Assembly: GCA_964230645.1 (NCBI GenBank)
Contig: CAXRHT010000001.1
Location: 512,001-576,000, forward strand
DNA: 64,000 bases
Reading direction: 5' to 3'
Source: Bdellovibrionales bacterium
Lineage (GTDB): Bacteria; Bdellovibrionota; Bdellovibrionia; Bdellovibrionales; JAGQZY01
The notes under the pieces are model-generated. The model did no database searches, had not been told where the DNA came from, and was given only the letters and a program-made list of their open reading frames with translations. Shown in pieces: positions 46,957 through 57,917 of this stretch. Numbering within the stretch: position 1 is the first letter of the stretch; every line of letters starts with the position of its first letter. The position numbers and the translations under genes are program-made.

Positions 46957-48737
46957 GTTCCATTGCTGTTGTCGGAAAGCCGAATTCTGGAAAAAGTCTG
47001 TTGTTTAACCGCCTCACAGGTCTCAACCAAAAAGTGACAAACTTTCCTGGAATCACCGTTGAGGTCAAAAAAGGGCATCGCAAAGACAAAACCTTTTATG
47101 ATTTTCCGGGGTTCTACAGTTTCTCAGCCCTTACCCAAGATGAGATCGTCTCTGTAGAGCGTTTCACAGAGGCTCTGGATAAAAAGGAAATTTCAAAAAT
47201 CCTCTGTGTTCTCGATTCCACAGAACTGAAATCAAGTCTCCGCATGGGGCTGGAAGTCAGAAAGCAAGCCGCTCAAATGAATGTACCACTGATTTTCGCC
47301 GCCAATATGATTGATGAGCTGGGTGAAAAGGAGTCCATTGACTGGAAAGCTCTTGAGCAAGAACTCGGGGTGCCAGTGATTCCCATATCTGCGAAAACCT
47401 CTCAAGGCTTCAATAATTTATTTCAGGCTCTCGACGGAGATTGCAATCCTCCGCCTTTAGAAGAAGAGGAGGACTATTTCATTAAGGCTCAGAGCCTATG
47501 CAATCGACATGCGCCTTCATTGCAAGGCGCGGCTTCTAAAAAAAGAGGTCTTGATGGCTTTTTCTTATCACCCTTATTTGGATTGATTTCTTTTCTGGTC
47601 ATTATGTCCGTCCTCTTTCAAGCCGTTTTCACTTTTGCTGTCCCCTTTATGGATTTTACGGAAGCGGCGGTAAGCTTCCTAGCCAATCTAGCCTCCAGCA
47701 CACTCCCCGATGGGGCATTCAAAGATTTTGTGGTCGATGCTTTTTTTGGTGGGATCGGTTCCTTTCTCGTTTTCGTTCCCCAGATCTTCTTTTTGACCTT
47801 TATAATTGGGATTCTCGAAGATTCGGGTTATCTCGCTCGCGCCGCAATGCTTTGCCACCGTCCTTTGCGCTACTTTGGTTTATCGGGAAAAAGCTTTATT
47901 CCCATGCTCACGGGCCACGCTTGCGCTATTCCTGCCGTTTACGCCGCTCGCATGATCGACTCTCCTAAAAAACGCTATCTCACCTTATTGATCATTCCAC
48001 TTATGGGTTGCTCGGCAAGACTTCCCGTTTATGCTTTTCTCATTGCAGCGATTATCCCCCAGACCACCTTTCTGGGAGGTCTTATTGGCCTTCAAGGTTT
48101 AGCCCTCTTTTTTATGTATTTGTTTGGAATCCTCGTGGCTTTGATCGTCTCTTGGCTTCTGTCTCGGTCTCGGTATATTAAATCAGAAGACATCCCGTTT
48201 ATTTTAGAACTTCCCCCTTACCGCTTGCCCCACTGGAGACCTTTGATCTCCCGAGCCTTTATGAGTGTGTGGCAGTTTATCCGACGTGCGGGAGGCGTGA
48301 TCTTTACAGTGACTGTGGTGGTTTGGATTTTAGGGTATTTTCCCTCTGGAAATTTAAACTCGTCCTACTTGAGTTATCTCGGCCAAGGGATCGAACCACT
48401 TATTGCTCCCCTCGGTCTTGATTGGAAATACGGGGTCGCCATTCTCACCTCATTTCTAGCAAGAGAAGTCTTTGTCGGGACTCTAGGCACTCTCTTTGAA
48501 ATCGAGAATGCCGAAGAAAATTTCGCCGGCCTTTTGGAAAACGTCCAAAATGCTGGCTTGAGCTTTGCTTCAGGTATGGCGCTTTTAATTTTCTACGCCA
48601 TTGCTCTACAGTGTGCTTCGACTTTTGCTGTTCTTAAAAGTGAATTAGGAAACTATAAAGGGCCCACACTCATTACCGTTGGATATGGCCTTCTGGCTTT
48701 TGTAAGCGCCTGGATCACCTATTTTGCATTGGTCTAA
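46953..48737 (+). CDS. feoB: Ferrous iron transport protein B
   Basis: G-motifs GKPNSGKS, NFPGITVE, DFPG, NMID and SAK. Membrane motifs LEDSGYLAR, CSARLPVY and LAREVFV. Confidence 0.95.
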   Translation: MSSIAVVGKPNSGKSLLFNRLTGLNQKVTNFPGITVEVKKGHRKDKTFYDFPGFYSFSALTQDEIVSVERFTEALDKKEISKILCVLDSTELKSSLRMGLEVRKQAAQMNVPLIFAANMIDELGEKESIDWKALEQELGVPVIPISAKTSQGFNNLFQALDGDCNPPPLEEEEDYFIKAQSLCNRHAPSLQGAASKKRGLDGFFLSPLFGLISFLVIMSVLFQAVFTFAVPFMDFTEAAVSFLANLASSTLPDGAFKDFVVDAFFGGIGSFLVFVPQIFFLTFIIGILEDSGYLARAAMLCHRPLRYFGLSGKSFIPMLTGHACAIPAVYAARMIDSPKKRYLTLLIIPLMGCSARLPVYAFLIAAIIPQTTFLGGLIGLQGLALFFMYLFGILVALIVSWLLSRSRYIKSEDIPFILELPPYRLPHWRPLISRAFMSVWQFIRRAGGVIFTVTVVVWILGYFPSGNLNSSYLSYLGQGIEPLIAPLGLDWKYGVAILTSFLAREVFVGTLGTLFEIENAEENFAGLLENVQNAGLSFASGMALLIFYAIALQCASTFAVLKSELGNYKGPTLITVGYGLLAFVSAWITYFALV

Positions 48738-48851
48738 ATCTAAGTAGAACTAGAAAATTAAATTGAAAAGTCAAATTCTAGAGGTGCAATCAAATAGGGT
48801 CGACAGAAGAACGCCGACTCTACTGCAAATCAAAAACGAAAAGGGCTCGCT

Positions 48852-50939
48852 TTAAAAATCGTAGCGAACCCTCACACCATACTCTCTTGGGGTGCTGGTC
48901 TGAAAATAATTGCTTTGATAGGGAGATGTCGTGCTCGTTGGCCGTCCATCATAGATCAAGAACCGTCCATCCAAAAGATTGTTAACATAAGCCTGAAAGA
49001 CCCAAGAGGCCAAGCGGTATTGAGCATTTAAATTGATGTAAAACTGAGAATCCGACTCGCGCGTATTTTCCGCATTATTATAGGATTTCTCAAGATAGCG
49101 AAAGACTGTCAAAAACTGCAAGTCCTCCGTTAAATTCAGAATGTGAGAGAGTCGCCCCGTGAACTGGGGCGCGTAGGGAAACTCATTGCCGTCGTAGTTT
49201 TCACTCAAAGTTTCGAAGTCTTCAAACTCCGTCTGAGTAAAACCCACACCAAAATTTATTTTTTGATTGGAAGTTAAAAGGAATCGAGTTTCGAGCTCCC
49301 CACCAAGGAGGTTTGAGCGTGCGGCGTTTTCAACTTGGGTGTCATAAAAGTTATTTGAGAGCTGGATTTGAACTTGCTGGTCTTTCCATTGAATATAAAA
49401 AAGATTGGCAGAAAATTGAAAGTGAGGGTTCATATACTTATACGATAACTCATAGTTGTCAGTGAATTCTGGATCGTACTCAACAGCCGTAGCTCTTTGC
49501 CTATTAATACTCACTCCGGCAGTACGATAAGCTTTCGTGTAGGAAACACCCCAGCGATGTCTTCCCTGCCCGACCGAGTATCCAATCTTTGGAAGAAAGA
49601 CAAAGTTTGACTGAAAGCCCGAATAGGATCCCGAGACCTGAGCGATATAAGCATCCACTGCTCCATTGGTCGGTCCGCCTAGATCTTGCAGCCTTTCTCC
49701 GTTAACGAAAGTTCCGTACACAGACTCAGCCGCCTCCCCTCGAACTCCCAGAATCAAAGAGTGGTGTTCGTTAAAACGATAGGTAAAGGAATCAAAGACA
49801 GAATAGACCTTGCGTGTTCTTTTCACATCCTGGCCGACATTGACAGGTGTGGACTGGTTGCCTGGGAGGGGGAACAACAAATTAAAGCCATAGTCTTCAG
49901 AAAGTCTGAAGTCATGAAAATGAAGTCCCAGCATATTCTGAACGGACTCGGTTTCGTAATAAAGACGATTCTCTAGAGTGAAAAAGTGATCCTCTCTCAT
50001 TTCATCTCTTCGCCCGGCTACATTCTGAGGCGAGCCATCGGCATCGGAAAAATGATGCTGCCGACTTTTAGAGTAACCCGCGAAAAATTCGTTGCTTGTT
50101 TCAGCGGTAAAATAAGTAGAATAAAGAGAAGAGACTTGATGATTCTCAGTTGTGGTCACAAAATCTTCATCCTCAAAAACTTGAAAGGCGAAAGGGTCGT
50201 CACCCTGGGTATAAGTTCCCCCTTGGTCATTTTTATTATATTTTGCATTTACTTTTAACTCATTGTCTTCACTCATTTGGTAAAGAAGAGTCCCATCCAC
50301 TCTCTGACGTGTGCGTTCTCCCCACTGGTCGTCTCCTCGAGTTTCATTGGTAATATACCCCTCGTTGTTTTCTCCCTCAACGGATAGACGAGTGGCCACA
50401 GAATCACTTAAAGGTGTGTTTAGGCTTAATCCCATCTCTTTATGCCCAAAATTTCCTAGAGTTATTCGGGCCGCCCCTTGGTAGCTGAAAATAGGAGCCT
50501 GATGGAAAAGATTGATTGAACCAGCTAGAGAGTTTATTCCCTGATTGGTCGACTGCGCCCCACGCAAGACCTCAATGCGATCCATATCCCAAAGGTTGAA
50601 ACTGCCCGCCTGTTGAGCCAAATCCGTTTGAAAGAGTCCATCTATCAGTAGACTCGCCAGATCGTCTTTTTGGTAACCGGTCACACCCGAGCTATTGATT
50701 CCCCGAATACTAAAAGATTCGTTGTTGTTGTTGACCTGTACGTTCGGGAGGGCATTGAGAATGTCTAAATCATTCTCACGCCCTGTCGCCGGAAGCTCCT
50801 CACTACCAAGGACTGAAACACTCTCTATGGTTTCTAAAAAAGTTTTGCGCTCTTTGGTCCCTTTAACCTCGATCGTCTCAACAGACGTCAGCTCCTGAGC
50901 TGGAGCGAACGACATCAATATCCACATGAAAAATAACAT
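48852..50939 (-). CDS. TonB-dependent siderophore receptor
   Basis: Signal peptide, ETIEVKG TonB-box-like motif, plug IEVLRGAQST, NNLLD and C-terminal Phe (VRYDF). Confidence 0.9.
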   Translation of the reverse strand: MLFFMWILMSFAPAQELTSVETIEVKGTKERKTFLETIESVSVLGSEELPATGRENDLDILNALPNVQVNNNNESFSIRGINSSGVTGYQKDDLASLLIDGLFQTDLAQQAGSFNLWDMDRIEVLRGAQSTNQGINSLAGSINLFHQAPIFSYQGAARITLGNFGHKEMGLSLNTPLSDSVATRLSVEGENNEGYITNETRGDDQWGERTRQRVDGTLLYQMSEDNELKVNAKYNKNDQGGTYTQGDDPFAFQVFEDEDFVTTTENHQVSSLYSTYFTAETSNEFFAGYSKSRQHHFSDADGSPQNVAGRRDEMREDHFFTLENRLYYETESVQNMLGLHFHDFRLSEDYGFNLLFPLPGNQSTPVNVGQDVKRTRKVYSVFDSFTYRFNEHHSLILGVRGEAAESVYGTFVNGERLQDLGGPTNGAVDAYIAQVSGSYSGFQSNFVFLPKIGYSVGQGRHRWGVSYTKAYRTAGVSINRQRATAVEYDPEFTDNYELSYKYMNPHFQFSANLFYIQWKDQQVQIQLSNNFYDTQVENAARSNLLGGELETRFLLTSNQKINFGVGFTQTEFEDFETLSENYDGNEFPYAPQFTGRLSHILNLTEDLQFLTVFRYLEKSYNNAENTRESDSQFYINLNAQYRLASWVFQAYVNNLLDGRFLIYDGRPTSTTSPYQSNYFQTSTPREYGVRVRYDF

Positions 50940-50942
50940 TTT

Positions 50943-52232
50943 TTACCTCTTGTTTCTCTGAGTTCCTGTATAATTTAAAAAGCATGAAGCCTGTGATTCA
51001 GTCTGATAAATATCCCTACCCATCACATCGTTGACCACTTGTCCAGAACGCCAGGCCATCAAGCTGGTCTGTGGGTCCACGATCCCGTGATTATGACGAC
51101 TGAAATTTAATGCATAGATCTTGTTATCAGATGGGCCATCCCAGGTGAGCGAGTAGTTCTTGTTGAAGATAAAACGCTTTTTCTCGTCCAGATTTAATCT
51201 TGAAAAAAGAGGTTCAAGTACTGGAGGGAGGCCTTCCTTAAAACCCGTGGCCAAAACCACAATATCAGCCTCCAGGGTCTCTTTTTCACCCTTAAAATGA
51301 TTTCTAATATTAAGGCTGTAGGCACCACTTCTTTCTTCCATGCCTTCGAGATAGCGCAGAGGTAAAATATTAATTTCCCGAGTGTCTTTCTCAACAAAGC
51401 GCTTGAGATACAAATCGTTATAAAGTTCCTGCAAATAATAAGGTGTATTACCGTCACTGGTTAACTTTTGTTGAGCCACCAGTTCATCTTTTCGGGGCTG
51501 ATCCAAGTCCCAAAACTGGCCAACGTAGTCTGGGGTGAAGTAATCATTGGCAAAAGCCGATTCATCCAGTGGCTCCAGGTTATGCCGGCGTGAAACGAGA
51601 TTTAAAGACTTGGGATCTCCCCACTTTCCTTTTAAAGCGTTTCTAAAAATCTCAAGACCGGTTTGTCCGCCCCCAACAATCACAACTTTCTTGTCAGTGA
51701 AGTTAGCACTATCAAGCTTTCCAGATTTGGCGTGAAAAACCTTATCTCCAAGATAAGAATAAGCACAGTCTGGCGTCCACGCTTTCTTTCCCGTGGCAAC
51801 ACTAATATTTCGACTTCTCCACTCACCCTTATTGGTTTGGGTCACAAACTGACTTCCGTCGAAATCAATGGCATAGACATCGGTCTCAAACTCAATAAAC
51901 TCACTAAGCGATTGGCTCACCCATTGTCCATATTGCTGGTATTCAAGACGAGTGATCGAATTCCGCTGGGTGTTTAAAAACGAGTAAAATAAACCACTCT
52001 CTTTTAAATAGTTTAGAAACGAATAGCGATTGGTGGGATCTACAGGCGTGACCAAATCTTTTAGATAAGAGGTCTGCATTGTGGAGTCACCAAACATAAT
52101 TTCCGGATGCCACTGAAATTCTGACTTCTTTTCCAAGAAGTGAATATTCCCCTCAACGGGATGAAGAAGAGCCGCCAAACTAAGATTGGATGGTCCAAGA
52201 CCGATACCGACTAATTCTTTACAATCTGACAC
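50943..52232 (-). CDS. iucD: Lysine N6-monooxygenase (IucD/SidA family)
   Basis: GIGLGPSNLSLA, WHPEI, DLVTPVDP, GGGQTG and LATG motifs. GTG 52232 follows AAGGGG. Confidence 0.88.
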   Translation of the reverse strand: MSDCKELVGIGLGPSNLSLAALLHPVEGNIHFLEKKSEFQWHPEIMFGDSTMQTSYLKDLVTPVDPTNRYSFLNYLKESGLFYSFLNTQRNSITRLEYQQYGQWVSQSLSEFIEFETDVYAIDFDGSQFVTQTNKGEWRSRNISVATGKKAWTPDCAYSYLGDKVFHAKSGKLDSANFTDKKVVIVGGGQTGLEIFRNALKGKWGDPKSLNLVSRRHNLEPLDESAFANDYFTPDYVGQFWDLDQPRKDELVAQQKLTSDGNTPYYLQELYNDLYLKRFVEKDTREINILPLRYLEGMEERSGAYSLNIRNHFKGEKETLEADIVVLATGFKEGLPPVLEPLFSRLNLDEKKRFIFNKNYSLTWDGPSDNKIYALNFSRHNHGIVDPQTSLMAWRSGQVVNDVMGRDIYQTESQASCFLNYTGTQRNKR

Positions 52233-53967
52233 TTTGCGCCCCCTTATATAATGGGTTATTGAGGTCACTGCCGAGCATGGGTTTGGGTCTCATAGCTGAG
52301 TCCCCATAGCCTATGGAAAAGCGGACTTTATTCAAAAGCACTCTTTTAATCTTTTCATTGAGAAGATTATGGGTCTGATCAACTGACTCGCCTTTTTGCT
52401 CTCCGAGATATCCTTTAATGACCTCACTTAAAATTTGATAGAATTTGTCCTCAGCAAATCCCTCTGACTCAAATAGTGCCGAAGAAATAAAGCGAAGAAC
52501 TGTAACGAAATGACCTGTAACCAAGTCATGAATGATATACTCAGGCTTTAGTGTCTCGTAGGAGTCGATTACATCTTTGAAAACATGGGACTTTTCTTTA
52601 AGCTCTTCAGAAAAACGTAAGTCCCCTTGAAAGTCTTTTAGTATGACTCCTGAGGGAATATTGTCTTTTAATCTCAAGATTGTGTTTTGGCCATGGGCCA
52701 CCAACCCCACGCCATACTCCAATTGAAGATGATAAAGAGGTATGACCACACTCTCAAAATACCTCTGTAACCACTCTTCCATACTTAGACCTGAGCGCCT
52801 CTGAAAAACGGCAAGGAGACATTTTTTTTCACTATCTTGATGGAAAAGTCCGCCTGTCATAATGGCATTTTCATCAGGATGTAGTTTAGACGAGAGGCTC
52901 TCCCGAAACACAACCCCTAAATACTCCTGAAACCTATAGGGAACTTCTTTAAGTTGCTTATACTGAGGATGCACATAGGATATTCCAGCAGGCTCTTTTA
53001 GAACCTGGGTTCCTCGCTTCTTTAACACAGGGTCTTGCTCACAGAGTTCTTCTAATTTTCTCGATGTACTGGGAGCCACCTTCAGATATTGTGAAGGGAG
53101 TCCCCTCACAGCCGAGGTGTTTAGTATACTAAGAGATAGCTTTATGTCGCATTTCTGTGGCCTTTCGGTGTTGGAAAAACTCCTGATAGAAACCTGGGGA
53201 AGATAGGGATCCCCTGCTTGACCCAGATAAATAATTTTCTGGTTATGAATCTCTTCCTGAAATTGTAATTTTATATAGCGACTGTATTGCCATGGATGCA
53301 CAGGCATCAAATAATAGTCTCTGGGAGCTTTACCTAGAGCTTTAATTTTTTGATGAAACTTCTTTAATTCAAAAGAGGTTAAACTTTGCTCGACGAAATC
53401 ATTATACTCTTTACCTTGCTCGACACCGACAACAACTTGAGTTGAATAAACAGCAATCCAATCAAAGCACACTTCCTGGCTAATCTCGGGCGCGTACTGA
53501 TCCAATTCTTCACTGCCCCACCCCATGCGACCTTTGTTTAAAAGAATTTTAGGATGACCATTGTAATAGCTCTGTCTCTGGATTGACTTCATATCAGCCA
53601 GTTGCTCAAGACTCACCTTGCTGTTCTTTTCAAAAAGTTTGCTATCGATGTAAAGAGTCGAACTCATCTCCTCTAAGAAGGATCCAAACTCAATCTCATC
53701 CATAGCAAGCTCAGCCTTGGCATCTATAAAAAATTGTCCAGCCGAAAGAGTTCTTCCGTCATGGGATTTACGCACAAGAGTGAGAGGATCGACTCTAAGA
53801 TAGTCCCAAATACTCTTCCAAGCGCGGAAAAAATACTCGACACCACTGTCGAGTTTTAAAGAATACAAATCCTCCTCTTTAACTGAGGGATAAAGGACTT
53901 GCTCGTAGGAGAGCTCTCCGATTGATTTTGCAATAAGTTGTCGATTCACCTGAGTCCAAGTGTTCAT
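52219..53967 (-). CDS. iucC: NIS siderophore synthetase, IucC-type
   Basis: GHPKILLNKGRMGW, PVHPWQ, QVSIRS, AHGQN and KDFQGD motifs. Confidence 0.88.
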   Translation of the reverse strand: MNTWTQVNRQLIAKSIGELSYEQVLYPSVKEEDLYSLKLDSGVEYFFRAWKSIWDYLRVDPLTLVRKSHDGRTLSAGQFFIDAKAELAMDEIEFGSFLEEMSSTLYIDSKLFEKNSKVSLEQLADMKSIQRQSYYNGHPKILLNKGRMGWGSEELDQYAPEISQEVCFDWIAVYSTQVVVGVEQGKEYNDFVEQSLTSFELKKFHQKIKALGKAPRDYYLMPVHPWQYSRYIKLQFQEEIHNQKIIYLGQAGDPYLPQVSIRSFSNTERPQKCDIKLSLSILNTSAVRGLPSQYLKVAPSTSRKLEELCEQDPVLKKRGTQVLKEPAGISYVHPQYKQLKEVPYRFQEYLGVVFRESLSSKLHPDENAIMTGGLFHQDSEKKCLLAVFQRRSGLSMEEWLQRYFESVVIPLYHLQLEYGVGLVAHGQNTILRLKDNIPSGVILKDFQGDLRFSEELKEKSHVFKDVIDSYETLKPEYIIHDLVTGHFVTVLRFISSALFESEGFAEDKFYQILSEVIKGYLGEQKGESVDQTHNLLNEKIKRVLLNKVRFSIGYGDSAMRPKPMLGSDLNNPLYKGAQSVRL

Positions 53968-54980
53968 AGCTCATGCACTCCTGCGAAAAAATCTTCTCGT
54001 CTCACCGATAAAAGGGCTGAGCGTTTATGGGGGAAATCAAATTCTTTGATAAACTCCCACCCTGGGACCATTTCAACGTACTTAAGGACAGCTTTGTTAT
54101 CACTACGAGGCTCGGCGACGATCCGGCGAGTCCGACAGTCTTGAAGAAAAAGGAAATGAGTGATTGAGGTCAGTACCCCTTTGGTATTCTTGCGCCCCAA
54201 GAATTTCTCTTCACCGATTAAAAAGTGAAAGCCACGGTCATAGGCTTCGGGATTATCGTAAAAGGGACTGATTCGATCCTCTTTAGCCCAATAGATTTCA
54301 AAGTACCCTGCACACTCTCCGTCGATTTCTAGGATGAGAGGTGTTTGGTGTGGGTCTTTTTGGGCTTTTTCAAGATATTCTTTGAGTTGCTCTTTACTAA
54401 AATTCAACTCCCAAAGGTCAAATACTCTTTCTTTGTTATGCCAATAATGGAAAATATCGAGATCCCTTTCGATATCAATGGCTCTGAAACTGATTGTTTT
54501 GTGGATAGAGCTCATTCGTCTTTTATAAAGACAACCATCCCCGAGGGAATAACGTTCAGGATGAGTTTGCTCCCCGGTCTGTGTCCAGGTTTCTGCGCGA
54601 TTTTCAACCGCAGGATTTTTTAACCAAAAACTAGGAAGCTGAAAGTACTGCTTCCTTGTCATCACCAGAGAGTCTTCCTCGCTTTCTAAAAACTCATTAA
54701 GGAATTCAGGCCAACGACCTCGGCCCTCCATTTTGATTTGCACATACTCAGCGTTTCCACTCTTTGAAAAAACGAATTGAAAGAGGCTATTAAAAAATAA
54801 AGCGTCATTGGGAAGATATTCGCTACTCAGACTCACGCCCCCTTCGGTTTCTTTATATTTAAGTTGAGTCAACTGACGGTCAGCACTCTCAACGACAACT
54901 TCTCCCTCTCCAAAGTGGACTCTAAAGGGAAGTGGTTGATTTTGTTCGAAATACTCCCGTGTCTTTTCCATTTGATTCAT
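53964..54980 (-). CDS. iucB: N6-hydroxylysine acyltransferase (IucB/AlcB GNAT)
   Basis: GYFEIYWAKEDR, DRGFHFLIGE, EPRSDN and EFDFPHKRS motifs. Confidence 0.88.
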   Translation of the reverse strand: MNQMEKTREYFEQNQPLPFRVHFGEGEVVVESADRQLTQLKYKETEGGVSLSSEYLPNDALFFNSLFQFVFSKSGNAEYVQIKMEGRGRWPEFLNEFLESEEDSLVMTRKQYFQLPSFWLKNPAVENRAETWTQTGEQTHPERYSLGDGCLYKRRMSSIHKTISFRAIDIERDLDIFHYWHNKERVFDLWELNFSKEQLKEYLEKAQKDPHQTPLILEIDGECAGYFEIYWAKEDRISPFYDNPEAYDRGFHFLIGEEKFLGRKNTKGVLTSITHFLFLQDCRTRRIVAEPRSDNKAVLKYVEMVPGWEFIKEFDFPHKRSALLSVRREDFFAGVHEL

Positions 54981-56728
54981 AATGCTTTCTCCTTTGGCAG
55001 AGGTTTCATGGGATTTTGTATTAGGGTATAGATTTCTAGAGGATTAAGAGTTGTGTTTTCGTTAATATTTCTCAAAGTACAAAAAAAGTTGCCTTTAAAC
55101 TTCAAACGCTCTTCCTTGAGAAGATAATCAAGAAAGCTAGGATCTTTTACGCCTTCAGCTCTCAGGGGAATCAGAAAGTTACGCAAATCCTCTATAAGAA
55201 TCTCTTCAACTTCTGGATTCAGCTGGCTTAAGGCGGAGATCACTCCAAAGCTTGAGTTGGTTATGAGATAGTAGCCAAACAGAGCATGCCCCATTTCACT
55301 AGAAACCACATTTTCGTTTTCTTCACGGATGCTCGCTATAGACTGCGAGTAGAGTTTAAAGCCTAACTCCGAATAGCCTGTCCCCTGACAGTCTCTAAAG
55401 TAACAACCCTGAGGAATTCCATTTTTAAGGCTGATCACTAAATTCTGTTGGTGAGCTCCCAAAAGTACACCATAGTCCGCTTGTAAAATTATAAAGGGTT
55501 TAAGCACATTCTGGCAGTAAGCTTTAAACCAACCCCTTAGGTTTTCAGTGTTTTCTATTGGACCAATAAACTCTGCAACAAGATCTAAGATTCCATTGCC
55601 GGCTGTTTGTAGGTTTTCTTGTGTGAGCGAAGATAAAACAGCCTGATCTTTTGATTTCTGTACGGACCGAAAGGGATTTTCTCTAAAAACAACCACAGAA
55701 TCAGAGCTTGGTTCGCCCGACTCATCTTTTAAACATAGATAAAAAGGCTCGCAGAGGATATGGAAGCCATTGTGATCTGTTTTAAATTCTTCAAACTTCG
55801 CCGATTTGACAACATCATAGAGCTGTAGACCCCGGTCCACTTCTTTAGGAAGGAGATGACGAACAGAATTGGTGAGCTTAAGACTCAGAGAAAACTTCAA
55901 CATATTGGGGGAACTCTCAGAGAAAACCGTTCGCAGAGAGGAAGTCGCTCGCCAATTCGGCTCTTCTTTATGAAAAAGTACGACCCTCTCAGTCTTTAAG
56001 TATTTTTGAAAATACTCTCGATTTAACAAAGCTTTCTCTTGCCAGGGATGGACCGGCAACAAGCGATAACCCTTCTTATAAAAGAAATTATTATGTAACA
56101 TTTGTGGGTTACAAAAGACCTCTTCTTCTTGGCGTTCATAAGCAAAGCTTTCCGAATGTTGGAAAAAGAGCACCTCAGGATCGACTAGATACCAGGTCAG
56201 TCCGAAGGCGTTGCGATATTCAGGACAAAAAATTTGTGCTTCTTCTCGACTCAAAGCTTCGCGACTTTTTGGTGTAGGATGAAAGGGATGCCCTAGAATC
56301 AGATCCTGCTCAAAATCTATAAAACTTTTAGACTTGGGGGAGGAAACCTCTGGAGGCTCTTGCAAACGAACTCTTAGGGCTTCTTCCATGGAATGAAAGC
56401 TGGCTTTGACCCGAGCGTAAAAACGCTCCCCTTCTTCTCTCTTATCAAGGGAGAGGTAGTGTATGATATCACCGGCGGCATCAAGGGGTGTTAACTTAAA
56501 GAGGCCGTGAGAATCGGTTTTTTGAACAAAAGATTTGGTTTGAAACTTGCCGAGTTTACGTCGAGAAAGGATGGGAACGTGGAACTTCACCTGATTGATC
56601 GCAATGATTAGAACAGACTCGCCACCACTATCTTCCACCCAATGATCATTCCATTCTTTCAGGAAGGAATTCATAAAAGCATCGAAAGAGAGTCTTTGTG
56701 CCATGTCCGTTATTTCTGCACTATCCAT
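54977..56728 (-). CDS. iucA: NIS siderophore synthetase, IucA-type
   Basis: GHPFHPTPKSR, PVHPWQ, TSSLRTV, KFSLSLKLTNSVR, AHQQN and RDCQG motifs. Confidence 0.88.
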   Translation of the reverse strand: MDSAEITDMAQRLSFDAFMNSFLKEWNDHWVEDSGGESVLIIAINQVKFHVPILSRRKLGKFQTKSFVQKTDSHGLFKLTPLDAAGDIIHYLSLDKREEGERFYARVKASFHSMEEALRVRLQEPPEVSSPKSKSFIDFEQDLILGHPFHPTPKSREALSREEAQIFCPEYRNAFGLTWYLVDPEVLFFQHSESFAYERQEEEVFCNPQMLHNNFFYKKGYRLLPVHPWQEKALLNREYFQKYLKTERVVLFHKEEPNWRATSSLRTVFSESSPNMLKFSLSLKLTNSVRHLLPKEVDRGLQLYDVVKSAKFEEFKTDHNGFHILCEPFYLCLKDESGEPSSDSVVVFRENPFRSVQKSKDQAVLSSLTQENLQTAGNGILDLVAEFIGPIENTENLRGWFKAYCQNVLKPFIILQADYGVLLGAHQQNLVISLKNGIPQGCYFRDCQGTGYSELGFKLYSQSIASIREENENVVSSEMGHALFGYYLITNSSFGVISALSQLNPEVEEILIEDLRNFLIPLRAEGVKDPSFLDYLLKEERLKFKGNFFCTLRNINENTTLNPLEIYTLIQNPMKPLPKEKAL

Positions 56729-57917
56729 AGTTCTCTCTCCTCATAACCTTTTCTGAACCACGGCCTGTGGGCAGACAGAGAAACATCAATACTCCACCGA
56801 CCCCTGTAAGAATAAAGATAAAGATTTCTTCATTGAATCGAAAAGCGAAAGCCGCCAAAGCTCCCCCAAGCGCGTAGCCGGTTGTATAAAAGGAGGCCAT
56901 CCAACCGGCTCTCTTTGCGTAACCTTTGAGTCCAAAAATTCTCTTTAAGTCTGCAAGATTGAAGGCTGGTACCATTGCGAGACCAAACGAAATCACAAAA
57001 ATGGCAAGGTAAAGATCAGACTTATTTTCAAACAAGCCAAACAGAAGCCCCCCTACCACTAAAAAAATTCCACCAATGAGTTTACCCACTTGCACGGAAA
57101 TCTCTTTAAAAAGAATCAAGGCCAATTGCACTCCAACAATGATCGTAACGGCCATAAGAAAAAGAAGGGCACTCTGTTCAGCAGCCTCCTGGCCGGTGAC
57201 TGAAAAAGTTTCTTGAATACGACCAGCCAGTGAAGAATTAATTAGCTCTAAATAAATCGAGAAACAGAAAGCAACAAGAAAGGGTTTCTTTAAAAAACCC
57301 ATTTCTTTAAACTCTAAACCCAAAACGGGAACTTGTTTTTGAGAAGTAGGCTCTGAGGGCAGGAAAAGAGCAGACAAGGCGCAAACGATTAAAGCGATCA
57401 GGAGGAACGAAAATATAACTCCTAAATTTTCCGTTAGAAAAAATAGGCTAGTAAAACCAAAAAGACGACCACAATTTAGACACAAAGAATGGAGGATCAT
57501 GGGTTTTGAGCTGGTGGTCGGTACCCGAGCATGAAGACTTTGTGAAACGGGGTTGATTCCAGAAACACTCAAGCCATAAATGACTCGACTTAACAACAAA
57601 AAGGCTAGAGACCAAACTTTCATGGCTGGTGGAAAATAAAACATGAATACGATCACCGAAAGAGACAGCAAAAGGCCCAGGATTCCAATAATCAATACAG
57701 GCAAGGCTCCTAAACTTTCACTTTTTGTGGACCAAAAAGGTCCAGTGAAAGCAAACAGGAGGGTTCCAATACTAAAACACAATATCACTTGAGACAGGGA
57801 CAGGTTGAGTTGATCCGCCAAATACGGATAAAGCGGAAGTAAGATTCCTTGGCTGAAAGCAAACAAGAAAGAACTTCCAAAGGCTAAGCTTCTCTTAAGA
57901 GCTGTTTCACTAAACAC
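56721..57917 (-). CDS. MFS transporter, putative siderophore exporter
   Basis: About 12 hydrophobic segments and SRVIYG motif. GTG 57917 follows GAGG. Lies inside the iuc operon. Confidence 0.8.
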   Translation of the reverse strand: MFSETALKRSLAFGSSFLFAFSQGILLPLYPYLADQLNLSLSQVILCFSIGTLLFAFTGPFWSTKSESLGALPVLIIGILGLLLSLSVIVFMFYFPPAMKVWSLAFLLLSRVIYGLSVSGINPVSQSLHARVPTTSSKPMILHSLCLNCGRLFGFTSLFFLTENLGVIFSFLLIALIVCALSALFLPSEPTSQKQVPVLGLEFKEMGFLKKPFLVAFCFSIYLELINSSLAGRIQETFSVTGQEAAEQSALLFLMAVTIIVGVQLALILFKEISVQVGKLIGGIFLVVGGLLFGLFENKSDLYLAIFVISFGLAMVPAFNLADLKRIFGLKGYAKRAGWMASFYTTGYALGGALAAFAFRFNEEIFIFILTGVGGVLMFLCLPTGRGSEKVMRRENYG